Shown here piece by piece: positions 50,063-63,198 of a stretch of 64,000 bases of DNA (positions are counted from its first letter, which is position 1; each line of letters begins with the position of its first letter). The DNA comes from Chiloscyllium plagiosum. Lineage: Eukaryota. Made by a program: the position numbers and the translations under genes. The stretch is taken from NCBI RefSeq assembly GCF_004010195.1, contig NC_057718.1:45558322-45622321 (forward strand), in the 5' to 3' direction. Below the pieces are notes generated by a model. It made no database searches, had not been told where the DNA came from, and worked only from the letters and a program-made list of their open reading frames with translations.

Positions 50063-50539
50063 TGATTTGTTAGTGTGTTTAGATGGAGAATCAAACAGTC
50101 TAGCATAAGGTCTTGATGAGTTAGATATGTCATCTCTGGCTCCTGATAACTGTAATTATGACAAACTAGTTAATGTGAATTATACCTATTGCAAATTACA
50201 CTTCTTATGTAAGACAGGTGCTCAGTTTGTTTTTAAAGACCCAGCAGTGGTTTATCCTCCACCACCGATGCCTGGGCAAGCCCTTAGACTCAGCATAGAA
50301 AGGAGCATTGGTGACAGTGAACTATCCCAACTACGGGTTGACAACGGTTGGTACCCTGAGCCCAATAGAACAAAAGGTACTTCCAGCAGTTTTAGGCATT
50401 CATGTGCATCATCTTAATAAGGGCACCCATAAATATTGTACAGGTATTGGGATCAATGGGTGTGCAAAGTAGACACAGAAAATTCCATTGCCACATTACT
50501 GTAAGATGGAATAAAAGACAGATTCCATACTGAATTTTA

Positions 50540-52600
50540 GGGGAATAAATGTTTTTTTTCTGGTTGGCAATCTGTATCTAATGGGGCATCACAGGGTTCT
50601 TTCCGCAGACCCTAACTATTTACAATCTATGTTAATGACTTGGATGCAGAGATAGAAAGGGTTGTATTTACAGATGGCACTAAAATAGGTAGAAAAGTAA
50701 ATTGCAATGAACAAATAGGAAATTTAAGAATCAATATGAGTAAGTTAGTGAATGGGACAACAGTTAAAGTTTAATGTGGATGTGTGACATCATCTATTTT
50801 CATTGGAGGAATGGAAAGGGAGCTAAATAGAGAGTAAGTTAAGAATGCTCTGTGCAGAGGGATCTGGGTCTCCTCATGCATTGATCATGGAAAGCTAGCA
50901 TGTAGACACAGCAAGTTATAAGGAGGCAAATAGAATTTTGGCATTTGTTGCTAAAGGAACAGATTATAAAAATAGCGCGGTATTACTGTAACATTACTTG
51001 GTATTAGTGAAGCTACATCTCGAGTAGTAAAGTACAATTATGGTCCCTTTACTTGAACAGTTCTCTAGATTGATTCCAAAGATAAGGTTGGAGAGTTTGA
51101 GCTTTAGAGAGAGGCTGAATAGGCTGGGGCTGTTTTCTCTGGAGTGTCAGAGGCTGAGGGGTCACCTTTACAGAGGTTTATAAAATCATGAGGGGCATGG
51201 ATAGGGTAAATAGTCAAGATCTTTTCTCTGGATTGGGGGAGTCCAGCACTGAAGGGCATAGGTTTGGAGTGAGAGGGGAAAAATTTAAAAGAGCCTAAGG
51301 GACAACTTTTTCGCACAGAGGGTGGTACATGTCTGGAATGAGCTACTAGAGGAAGTGGTGGAGGCTGGTACAATTGTAACAGTTAAAAGGCATCTGGATA
51401 GGTATAAAAATAGGAAGGGTTTAAAGGGATATGGGCCAAGTGCTGGCAAATGCGACTAGCTTAACTTAGGATATCTGGTTGGCATAGACAAGTTGGACCA
51501 AAGGATCTGTTTCCGTGCTGTACATCTCTGACTCTATGAGCGGTTTGTCTTATGAAGAGAGATTGAGCAGTTTAGGCCTATACACCCTTACGTTTAGAAG
51601 AATTAGAAGAGATTTATTTGAAGTAAATAAGGTGATTGACACAGTAGATATAGAAAGGATGTTTTCTCATGTGGGGCAATCTGGAACAAGTCATAGTTTT
51701 AGGATAAAGAGTAGCAGATTTAAAAAACGGATGAGGAGAAGTGACTGCTGTCAAAAGGTTGTGAATCTGTGGAATTCACATCACAGAGTGCAGTGGATAC
51801 TGGAATATTGAGTAAATTTAAGAAGGAGAGAGACAGATTTTTAATTAGTTATGGAGAGTAGACAGGAAAGTGGAGTTGAGGCCGTGATGCGATCATCCAT
51901 GATTATGTTGAATAGCAGAGCAGGCTCGAGGGGCAGAATTGCCTACTCCTGTTCATAATTCTTACATTACATGGACTGGAGAGTTTTAGTTATGAAGGGG
52001 AATTGGATGGACTGGGATTGTTTTCCTTGGAGCATAGGAGGCTGATTGTGATGTAGAAAATTATGAGAAAAGATAGACAGGCAGGAACTTTTCCTCTTGG
52101 TGGAGGGAAAGATGACCGGGGGCATAGACTTACAGAAAGGGGCAGGAGGTTTAGAGGGGATGTGAGGAAAATGTTTTTCTTCCAGAGCATAGCAGGAGAC
52201 AGGAACCCATTGCCTGTAAGGGTGGTAAAGGCAGAAACCCTTGTAACGTTTAAGAAATATTTAGATGTCTACTTGTGGTGCCAAGGCATACAAGGCAATG
52301 GGCAAAGTGCTGGGTAATGGTTTAGAATAGTTTGGTAGTTGTTTTGATCACAGCTGGAGTTCTGTTTGCAGTTCTGGTCACTGCATTATAGGAAAGATGT
52401 GATTGTACTGGACAGCGTGCACACGATATTCACCAGGATGGAGCAGTTTAGCCATGAGGAGAGGCTGGAAAAGCTCAGATTACTTTCTTTAGAGCAGGGA
52501 AGACTGCAAGAGGACCTGTCTGAAGTGCATAGGATTATGAAGGGCATGGACAGGGAGGGTTGAAATCAGCTAGTCCCCTTAATGTAAGGTATGATATTTG
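50540..52600 (+). mobile_element. Nested cluster of CR1 LINE fragments (younger copy at 51085-51538 inside an older one)
   Basis: Multiple GLSYEERL / FFxQRVV / QFWS segments and ctctatga tails. Confidence 0.8.
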
Positions 52601-52744
52601 GAGATTTAGGATAATGTTTTTTGTTGGTGCTGTCCATGAACTGAAGAATGTCATCTGTACTGTATGATTCTGTGCTGTACCCAGTCAGCCAGTAGTGACA
52701 TACTGGTGTTTTGATGAAACTAATTGATAACCACTGTCTTAATA

Positions 52745-52841
52745 TTGATTTGGAGATGCCGATGTTGGACTGGGGTCAACAAAGTTAAAAATCACACAAC
52801 ACCAGGTTATAGTCCAACAGGTTTATTTGGAAGCACTAGCT
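52745..52841 (-). mobile_element. Penelope-derived repeat, family B (single arm, core missing)
   Basis: aaaaatcacacaacaccaggttatagtccaacaggtttatttggaagcactagct is identical to the left arm at 23499-23553. Confidence 0.8.
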
Positions 52842-53019
52842 ATTAACACATTTATTTTGTATTTATTCTAAACTTAACCAATTATGGGAAAACTCTGAGA
52901 AAGTTACTTGTACCCAGAGGTTCTCATCAGGACGCGAAAACCTTTAGATTGGCTGTCTCAAACTCAGTTTATAATTGCAATTAACTGAGATGCTACAATG
53001 AAAATAAAGTGGAAATGGG

Positions 53020-53125
53020 CTCCTGTGGTGCATTGATAGTATTCCTACTCCTGGACCAGAGACCTGAGTTCAAGAGCCAATTCTTCCAGTGGTGTGTCAT
53101 AACATCTCTGAACAGGGTGATTAGA
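53020..53125 (+). mobile_element. Short tRNA-derived SINE-like repeat (related copies at 10040-10130 +, 58310-58420 +, 6045-6110 -)
   Basis: A-box-like tgtggtgca.tg.ta and B-box-like g.gttcaag, followed by the shared tail ggtgtgtcataacatctctgaaca. Confidence 0.6.
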
Positions 53126-53147
53126 AAAATAGGTAAAATAGAGTGGA

Positions 53148-53169
53148 CCCCCCCCCCCCCCCCCCCCCC
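53148..53169. repeat. Poly-C tract (22 nt)
   Basis: Direct reading of the sequence. Confidence 0.95.
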
Positions 53170-55399
53170 GCCTGCCCCAGCAAGCCTGAAAACATGTTGC
53201 TGCAGCTCAATGAATCAGGTATTTCTTCTTATGTATTTAGCATACAAGTCCTCATTCACTCTCAGGTCCATTACATTAATATATAAACCAATGCTGATTT
53301 CTTTATAGGCATCCTTGGGGGGGGCTGCCTAAAACATCTGAGCATGAATTGTTCAGCATTGGCCCTGGGACATGCACAAATGAGCCCTAGACCATTGCAC
53401 TGCTAAATTTGTCGCTGTTTTACCTGTTTCCTGCCTGAGAAACAAAGGGATCATTGTGCAGTTTCGACTCCAGTTTAGTGAAGAGAATAGAATGCCAAGA
53501 ATAGAATTAGGTTTCACAATCTGAAATTAAATCACTTTAAAATAGCTGCCCTTTCTTCATTAAATGTGTGTAATTCATTAAAAATTCGCTTTAAGAAATC
53601 CTAATATGCAAGAGGTTTACAGTAATGCACTGAACATGTTGGAGGGGGAGAGACAGAAGCTCGTTTGATTAATTTTCATGATTATCACTACAAGTCACTT
53701 TCCCTTATTAAGTCTTGTTTAATATCATAATGAAGGTTTCCTGAACAGATTTGATAATTCCAGTGAAAGTGAACTAATGCCCTTTAACCAAAGGGTTATA
53801 TATATTTCATTAAGGCTAAATTTGTTCCTGTAATTCTCTCAAAATGTGGCCTCCTTCAGAGCTCATCACCCTGCTCTAAAACATGATACTAATAAACCTT
53901 TACACATCACTGTTGGAGCTTAATGTAAACTCATGCTGTGAGGTCAGAAGCAAGCTATCATTTGTGTGTCATGCACATAATTTATTTTGCCTTTTCAGGC
54001 ACTTCCTATTATTTTTACAGCGCTTGAATGTTGAGGAAAACAAGATGAATGTTTTAATTTTTATTGCTGTACTGGGAAGACCTTGGTGTGTTGCTCCTGT
54101 TTTTCACCCTAAAAATATAAATTCTGCTGTGGGATTTCCTGCTGTCAATAGGTGGAGGGGTCAATCCTGCTATAAATTTCATGGGGTTTGTTTTTAAATA
54201 TCCCAAATTTGTGAAAGTTGGTTGATGTTTGTTAAGGGCCTGTTTTCGAAATTTCAATGTCTAACCTCCTCAAGAATTTGGTTTATTCACCAAACAACAG
54301 ATTTTTAAAAAAAAACCCTGAGGTACTAAGGAGTATTTGGTAGCAATGGAAAAACAGAAATGTAAAGCAGAATTGGTTAGAGGCCAGAATGCCGTGGGCT
54401 TGAGTGAAAACTGAGACAGAAGTGCTCAGAAATCCAGTGAGGCCTATCCTAACACGGATACAACTTGCTGCATATTTTAACCAAGTTCCAGGCATGAAGG
54501 CAAAATTTTCGGTAGGCAGAGGCAAGTGGCATTTTAAGGGGAATTATTGTTTGTTAACAACCTTTAAAACTGCACATCTCACCTCATTAGTATGGAGTTC
54601 CCTCCTACTGATAACTGCTACAAGCAAACTAGAACTAAAAATTCTTGACATGGAATGTACCTCAAAGCAAGTACTGGCAAGTTCAGCTTGCCCCTTGCAC
54701 TGAAGAATTTCCATATTGGATAAAACTCTTAGAACATGCCTCATAGACGCTAGCCATGTACACTTCATATCCATGGACATTGGCATCCATCACATGCCAG
54801 CCTCTAAGAACCATAATGGCATATTTCTGATTTAGTTACAGGATTGATACTGCACTTTGGGGGTGCAACAGCACTTATCAATGTAATACTGCTGTAAGGA
54901 TACAGTGCACTCAGGGACACGCACCCAGTTCATCAACTGGATCAGCTGCATCTCTGGGTTTCCTCTCCACTTAGCCAAAAGGAAAGAATGTAATTTTCAG
55001 CTCTTAGAGTCTGAAGGGCCTTAGGGTTTTGCAGTACTGGCACAGTTTCTGCAATTTGCAGCCAGCTGGTAAAAGGGTGACATTTGTCAGGTGTGGAGTG
55101 AGACAGTTGGGCACGGTACCTCAGGGATGAATCTGGAGGTGGTTGTGCAAGTTATATAGAATCCACATGGGTGGAGTCTGTAGTGAATGAGGTGTGTACG
55201 ATCTGTAAGGACTGGAGATGGTACACAGGAGCATCAAAAGTATCTGTGACAGGACTGGTAACACCAGAACTAACCATGGCACAAGGCATCAGCAGGATTA
55301 AACAATTGTTGAAACAATGGTGACAAGAAAAGTGAGCATTTCTGGATATCAAGCTTCCAGAAATCTCAGCCAGGAGTAAGTCTCACTGAGGAAACATTT

Positions 55400-56135
55400 C
55401 TAGAAAGTTACAATGTCATGCAATTATAAAAGGGGCAGGACCAAAGGCACCTGGGTTTATCTGTGCACAAATCACTGAAATAAGCAGAAGAGGTTGAGAG
55501 ATCAGTTAATAGGTTGTAGCACATACTTTGCATAGGTGCATAGAGTACAAGAGCAAGAAGGCAATGTTGAACTTGAAAAAGTACTTGTTAGACTTCAGGT
55601 GGAATATTGTGTACAGTTCTGGGTATCACATGAGAGGAAGGGTGTGAACACACTGAGTGTGTGCAGAAGTGGAGTGCAAGAATGATGTGGTGTGGAAATT
55701 CAGTTATGAAGAAAGATTGCAGATGTTCAGATTGTTATCGTAGGAGAGAAGAAGACAAAGAAAAATTGGGGGATGGTGGGGTTCAAAATCATGATCAGGC
55801 AGGATATAATAGATCGGGAGAAACCGCCACCACTCAGAAAAGGATCAAGAACCAGAGGGTACAGATTTAAAATGATTTGCAAAAAGGGCAAATGCAAGAT
55901 GAGGAACAAACCTTTTCACGTAGCAAGTAGTTAGGGTATGGAGTCCACTGTCTTGAAGTGTGGCTGAGGCAGATTCAACTGAGGCACTCAAAGGCAATGG
56001 TGATTACTTACAATTTGCAAGGGTATAGGGAAAAAGCAGGAGGTTAGCAGCAGATAATGACACTCATATGAAGAGCCAGTGCAGACACAATGGGCTGAAT
56101 GGTCTCCTTCAGTGCTGTAATTCTTCTGTGATTCA
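55400..56135 (+). mobile_element. Decayed CR1 3' part
   Basis: EYCVQFW (gaatattgtgtacagttctgg) and a CR1-type 3' UTR. Confidence 0.7.
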
Positions 56136-58454
56136 GATTTTATATTTATTCAAATCTGAAGAGACTGTTCTTGTGATATCTTATAGGGATCTCTTTATTC
56201 CCTTTACTCAGACCAGCAGTGTATTTTCTATGAATGCATATTCAAGGCATTACAATTTGTTACCTTATAAAAGTAAAGCCTACATGTTGTATTTTCTTAT
56301 GCATGCTGTGCTTAATGTGTATAAGTGATGGCTTCCAATTTAATTTTCATAATATTATCAGGAGGGACCAAAAGAAGGAAGCTGGCTTATGATTATCATT
56401 TTATTCTTAGGCCCCACTTGATCTTGCTGATTTGCACTTATTTTACATGAGTAAATTTTCAGAAAATATAGACAGACGTGCCTCTGGCAATGTTGCTTTA
56501 GAAACCAATGTAAATGCCTTTTAATGACCATAGTATTTATAACATGGGGTTTAAAAAGAAATAAGTGGAATTAAAATAAGTAAGTGATTGAGCCACTGTT
56601 ACTTTTGACCATTGTATTAACTCTGTTGGCAGTGCATCATGTTCTTGATTTTCATCTTTGATTATGTGCATCCTTGAATCATCTGTTACATCAGTAGTGC
56701 ATTCCAACTAATTGCCTTTCTGCATCTGTGGATTTTTCACAGCAGAAGTCACCTGCTGTTAGTCCCACACAACATCTAAGGGCAGAGAGGCAACTGCTCA
56801 TTTGAGTCTAAATTTATTACAAAGGCCTGAAATTGACAGGCAGACTCTAATGTACAGGATGCTGCATCTCAAAAGGACAAACCTGAAGTGAATGTTCGAT
56901 GATGGCATTTTAAATGATTGCCTCAGTTAAGAAAATTACTAAAGCGAAATTCCTATTTTGTTTGAAAAAAGATGGTTAGAAATTTTATTCAGGCACAGGA
57001 GGGAAATTGCCCATTGTCACATTGGTAAAAAGAGCTTGAGATGACTAGGGATGGCAAGAGTTAAAGTCTTGGAAACTGATCTTTGAATTAAAATTTTTTA
57101 TACAGCAGTTCTCTCTCTCTCTTAAATATGTAAATCCTCAATTTATCTGTGATTACTCAGTAAAAGGCTGATGTGTGAGTGTGGCAGATTATAATAATAT
57201 TCCATCCCCACCTCTGATCCTCTTTACATCTTCTGCAAGCTTATTTTTTTTCCATACCAGATATGAATAAAAGCTGTGCATGAGTTGGAAGAATGTATTA
57301 TTTTAAAAGACTTGAGCTCTGAAATTGATTTCCTTGATGAGAAAAGGAATGGTTTTCCTGTGACCTGTGAATTCACCTTGTAATCCTGCCACTGTCTGAA
57401 GCTTTCCCTTCAGGCCAAAGATGAAAATATTCTTGGTCTCAAAGCTGAAAAGGATTTAATTTTCATATTCATTACAATGGGTCTGCACAGCTGATGAGGG
57501 CTGGGCTTAGCAGAGTACATCTCCTGTGATTAGAGTGTGCTCTGCTGATGTTTTGGGGTCAGAGTGTTTTAGCTGGAACTGCACTTCTTGAAAGCAATCT
57601 TATGTTATAAGACTCAACACTCTTACTTATTAACTAATTTTGAGTTTAACTTATGATCTTAGCATTTATTATCATAGCCTTGTCCACTTTTGCAGCCTGA
57701 TGTCTTTCTGGTTAGGATGACTCAGCTGATTCTTTCACATTTTTCACATATTTCACGGAAACTCAAGAAAATCAGTTTCTTTAAAAATCTGAACATTTTT
57801 TCAGACTGTCATGCTGTGTTTAGTTCGATCCCAGTGGCCAAAGGTCTCGACTTCCTTACTATTACCGTGATAACACTTCAGTCGAATCCAGTTAGACTGG
57901 GGATCAGTAGGTGGAATCTTGTCACCTGTAAAAATAATTTTGGGCCAGGATCCAATTCCAGGGCCTGACCCTAAGCACCCACCAGCATTATCTTCTAAAA
58001 GGTAGCCTCCAAAATGGCTATTTCGGGCTTCACCACCCAACTGTGGACAAAGATGGTTATGTGAGGCTGAGCGTCCAATCGGAGGTTGTTGCCAGATTGG
58101 GACTGTCCTCCAAATAGATTTGTAAATTTTAAACATTATGCTGTGTGTGTGTTCGTTCAGTACATGAGACCTCTGTAGACAAGCCATCTCCAGATAGCTG
58201 CTAGATATAGAGGACCTGCTCACTGCCTGGAAGATCCGGGTGACTTCTCAATCAGCTCAATATATCACAATATGCCAGAAGAGGTTGATTCAAGATATAT
58301 TTTATTGTAGGGTGTTTGTGGTGCAGTGGTAATGTCCCTATCTCTGAACCTGGAGGCACAGGTTCAAGTTCCATTTGTTTCGGAGATGTGCCATAACATT
58401 CCTCAATAGGTTGAATAACATATGGAAAAATGGCCAATTAATTATTCAAATGGA

Positions 58455-58752
58455 TGGCACACTGGCACAGTGATCAGCACTGCTGCCTCGCAGCGCCAGG
58501 GACTAGGGTTTAATTCCAGACTTAGGTGACTGTCTGTGTGGAGTTTGCACATTCTCCCTGTTTCTGCATGGACTTCCTCTGGATGCTCTGGTTTTCTCCC
58601 ACAGTCCAGGGATGTCCAGGTAAGGTGGATTAGCAATGGGAATTGCAGTGTAGGGGAGCTGGGTCTGGTTGGGATACTCTTCAGCGGGTCAACGCACACT
58701 CAATGGGCTGAATGGCCTCTATCTGCATTGTCAGGCTTCTACGATTCTGTGA
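58455..58752 (+). mobile_element. HE1-like SINE
   Basis: tRNA head plus V-domain tgtgtggagtttgcacattctccc. Confidence 0.85.
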
Positions 58753-59899
58753 TTCAAACTGACTATGTGTCCATGCCAGCTGATTAGATGCTGTTGGTAA
58801 TGCTCCACTTTGAGCAAGAATGCCCCTGGAGGTGGGAATATGTCAGCTTGCTGTGCCCATCCCACTTTCATGCCTGGTGCAAATGCCATCCCTGTAAGGG
58901 TTGTCATGTGGTGACACATGCATATTCCTGTCTCTTCAACACCTGCTATCATCCACTACATTACAGAGTTGTAACTGCCCAGTCACCACTTCAGATCTGA
59001 AGAGAAACAAGTAACTGATTCAAACAATCATAACTTAGGACAAGTCAAAGAATGTGGCATATAGAGCATATTAAGACCCTTAGAATTTTCATATAGAAAC
59101 TCCCAGCTCACGTGCAGACCATTATCAAACAAGAAACATGGCTGGACTCCATGTTAGGAGTGTACAATTTCAGTACACTCCACATAAACAGGATCGTTTT
59201 ATACTGTGCAACATATTTCCAAACCAACATCAATGATTTGTTTGAAGTCAGACAGGTACTTTCAATTCTCTAACTGTAAGCTGGTTCCCCCTCCATGAAG
59301 TATCGATTCACAGGTGAAATCATAAGCAAAAGTCCCAAGTCATAAGGTTCCATTTCCCATTGATTGGATGAGAAACAGGATACATGTTCAAATATTATTT
59401 TCCTAATTATACATCAAATACCACATAGCTGCTCAAAGAGCTCAGCTAGGTTTTAGTGGCATAAGACCCAAAGAACAAGATAATTCTAAGGCCAAATATT
59501 TAGCTGGAGTTGCTAGAAGTATGGATGAAAAGGACAGCCTTGCGTACTTGTAAAATTCCCCTGAACTTATTAAGAATATTCCTTCTGAAAAATGTATTGG
59601 GCTACATGTTGATTTTTAATGCCTAAACATTTAATATTTCTTGGTCAGAAACATCCTGCAGAAAGCATGGCACTCTCCATCAGATAAGTTCAATCCTCCT
59701 TGAGTTCTACTCTTCTCTGGAATGTGTGTCCATGTGGGATTAATACCCAGAAAGTCAAGCAGAAAATCAAGGCCCTAGTGTCTAGTGACAAAGCACTACC
59801 ATGGAATGGAATAGTTTGAGTAATTTCAACAGTCGTTGTTTGATCTCACAGTCTGACTGTTACAGTAACTCACTTAGCAGAGGTCTGGTATTTCCCCAG

Positions 59900-60830
59900 A
59901 GAGCGGTTGATAGGGAAGTAGTAACTTCACAGGACATTATTAAACAAAATCTGACACCAAGTGTCACAAGGAGAGATTAGTGCAGGTGTAGATTTTAAAG
60001 GGGTAAGAAATTTGAGAGGCAGAGAGATGTAGGGAGAGAATTCCAGACCTTTGGTGTTTGGCAGCTGAAGGAGCACCATCAGTGGGAATCAGGAATGCTG
60101 GAGATGCCAGAATTAGAGGAATATAGATATCCCTGAGGGTTGTTCAGCAATTACAGAGATAAGGAAAAAAAAAGCGTTGTGAACTTTGCAAACAAAATTG
60201 AAAATTTTATATTTAAGGTGTTATTCAACCAGGAGGCAATGTAGGTCAATGAGCAGAAAGGTTGATAGCACTTAGTGACAGCTAGGAAATGGACAACAGG
60301 GTTTTGGATAATCACAAGTTTAAAAACAGTGGAATGTGCCAGACTGACTGAGGGTGCATTAGAACAATCAAATCCAGAGGTGACTGAAACATAGATGAGG
60401 TTTTTCAATGGCGGATAAATTGAGGCAGAGTCAGAATTGATCAACATTACAGAGTTGGAAATCGGAAGTATTAATGAGGGAAAGATTATAAGGCTGGAAG
60501 TTTAAATCAGGGTCAAATATAACACCAGTCTGGTTCCACTTTAGATAGATGCTAGGCAGGAAACAGGCATCTATGGAATGGAATTTATGGCAGGAGCCTT
60601 AAGCATTAGCTTCATTTTCCCCATAGTTAGTTGGGGAAAGCTTTTTTTTTCTCACCCAGTATGGTAAGCCCGACAAGCAGCCTGACAACTTAGAGGCAGT
60701 GGATGGGTTGGCAGAGGTAATGGTGAGGTACTGTTGGCAGTCATTAGTGAACATATGGAAATTGACACAGTGTTTTTGGATGATGTAACTGAGGGGCAAC
60801 ACTACAGATAAGGTAGAGGGGAGGGATACT
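59900..60830 (-). mobile_element. L2-clade LINE remnant
   Basis: MLPLSYIIQKHCVNFHMFTNDCQQYL resembles the L2 RT motif YMLPLGxIIxxHxxxFHxYADDTQLY, with LVIIQNPVVHFL...LTYIASWL toward the C-terminus. Weaker L2 traces lie at 15500-16250 and 36220-36390. Confidence 0.75.
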
Positions 60831-60939
60831 TCCTTGGATCAGTATAGGATAAACATAGCAGGAGGTGTGGTCAATGATAGTGCGGAGACAACAATCTACG
60901 ATGACAAAATATCAATTATTGCATCTTTTATAAATGGTC

Positions 60940-61240
60940 CTGAATAAATTTAAGGAGGATTTAGACAGATTTTTAAATAGTAGTGGGTTAAGGAATTATA
61001 GACAGAGGCAGAAAAGTGGAGTTGAGGCCGAGATGAGATCAGCCATGAACATATTGAATGGTGGAGTAGGCTCAAGTAGCTGAATTGCCTATTCCTGCCC
61101 CTAGTTCTTATGTTCTGATCTTTCTATTAAGGTATATGGGCCAAAGACAAGCAAGTGGGATTAGTTCAGTTTAGGTTACCTGGTCGACATGGATGAGGGG
61201 ACCGAAGGGTCTGTTTCTGTCCTGTATGACTCTATGACTG
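60940..61240 (+). mobile_element. Two adjacent CR1 3' termini
   Basis: gttcttatgttc and atgactctatgact tails with CR1 3' UTR homology. Confidence 0.7.
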
Positions 61241-61844
61241 TATAAAAATCCTGCTCCTACCTAATGTGAAAAGCCATTGGTTTAAAATAAATTTGTAAAC
61301 CCTTTGAAGTGACATAGGTATTGGTAATTAAATGGTAACTATAAAATAGTAACTATACTTTACGTACACATTACAATTGGAGGGGCTTTAGTAACTAAAA
61401 TAAATTTATTAATACTTGAACCAACATCGTGTTTTTAACATTCTCAAGTCTTTCCAGCATTGTTGATTCTTTCTTTGAATTGCTTAAATTATTATCTTGG
61501 CATATATGAAAGGATACATAGTATACTATCCTAGTGTTTGATTTCAGGCTAATCTTACTGTTTTACCAAATAATAATTGACATGGTTAAAAATAATCTGA
61601 GGTACACCCAGTATCAGTCTCATTGCTGCAGAATGATGGCATCCATTGTTATTGCAGATATTCTTCACTACTGAAATATAGAGTGGTCAATAACATTTAG
61701 TTTAGATTCAATAACTACCATTTGGCAGGATCTTAGTAATTGTATTACCTGTGCAGTCATGGAATCAATATCCCCACCATTCTACTGCCAAAATATGCAA
61801 ATATGTCATATTGGCAGCAACCAAATTATTGCATCATTTGAATA

Positions 61845-62055
61845 AAGGCAAAATACTGTGAATGCTAGAAATCTGAAACAAATAGTAAAATTACCGGGGA
61901 AACTCAGCAAATTTGGTAGCATCTGTGTAGAGAGAACACCATTCCAATTTTGAAGAAGAGTCAGAACAGATTTGAAATGTTAGCGCTGTTTCTCTCTCCA
62001 CAGATATTGTCAAAGCTGCTGAGTTACTCCAGTATTCCCTGTGCTTGCTATTGCG
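61845..62055. mobile_element. Penelope-derived palindromic element, family C, degenerate
   Basis: Inverted arms ggaaactcagca...catctgtgtagagagaac / gtttctctctccacagat...tgctgagttactcc, with degenerate core ttgaagaagagtc...gaaatgtt. Confidence 0.65.
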
Positions 62056-63198
62056 TAATTTACTTCCCTTCTTCGAAGAGGTAGCAGGATGAAATATAGC
62101 ACGCTTCTATCGCAACATTTCTTCAGTCTTTTCTGTTTCTCAGGTCTGGTTTGAGTAAGAGCCTTCCTAGGCCATCTCTGTCTTTCTTCTTCCAATCTAG
62201 ATATTGAGGTTGGGAGCAGGTGATGACTTAAGCATCCCTGCTGGGGCTCAGGTAAGTGTTCATGTTTCTCCATTCATTAATTAAAGTTGCAAGAAGATAT
62301 CAATCTGGCCTGTTCAGACCTCGATCCTCTTTCCCGCTCTTCCTGTTACCTAATGATAATGTCAATGTGGCTTCCTGCTCTGACCAGTCATCAGAACTCA
62401 AAAGTGCAATTGTAAGGAATTAACTATCAGCTTCAGTTGAGTATTTTAGAAATGGGAACTGTCAGATTCCAACAGCTGAGAGTAAATGCTCAGACAATTT
62501 GAACTGACCATTCATTCTTCTGGCAGCTGGGTGAGGGTTAAAATTGCTCCCAAAGTTTCAGTAAAATTTCAACACTCGAAGTCTAGTTGCAATGTTCAAG
62601 TGCTGTCTTTATTAAGCATGCAGGGAGCCATCACTGGACATTCCAGGTGCTTCTCCACTGAGGTTCAAATGAGCATAGTTTATGTATGTTTTCATTATCA
62701 ACTACAAGTTAACGTATTAAGTAGATGAAGGCCACAACACAAATGGCTCTGGTGGGAAATAATTATGTTCCTGTGTAGTCAATTGCATTGCAGGGTTTTG
62801 GTGTTGTTCTTTTTGGAGACAGTAAAGAATATGTGTATATCCTGCATAAAAGCTTCACAGGGTAAACCACTGACAATGGCCTTCCCCATTTCTTAATTAG
62901 GTTATCTTGTGCATTGTTTTTGTGTCTTCCATTTCCTAATGGAGTCACCCTGCACCGTTGTCTGTTTGTGTATGCTCTGGCACCTTAGCTGCTGGTCCTG
63001 GCTGGCTCTCCAAATCCACATTTTGTCCTTTCAATGTTTCTTTCAAAGATGATAGTTTATAAAAGGTACTTTGGTTTGAAGGGAAGAATGTCTTGACATT
63101 ATAGATATGCTCAAAGGGTTTACACTATATAAATTAGTCCATAGATAGCACCCACTATACAAGCTTAGCTCCATTAGAGCTGCCTCCTTTCTGCAAAC

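Larger units (their letters stand above)
46642..50329 (+). mobile_element. Fossil Ty3/Gypsy LTR retrotransposon with candidate LTR pair (46642-46891 and 50084-50329)
   Basis: Two diverged ~250-bp direct repeats share tggagaatcaaaca, gtcatctct, aactagttaatgtgaatt and agccctta.actcagcat.gaaaggag. The interior has a protease-like stretch (FKV..G..V.IL at about 49400, then LCGPDG...VTLQHK...IHVVHNQYSSLLS). Confidence 0.6.

Noticed and set aside
53009..53308. 99-aa ORF with a polyproline run
   Set aside because: It is an artefact of the poly-C tract plus a SINE-like repeat.
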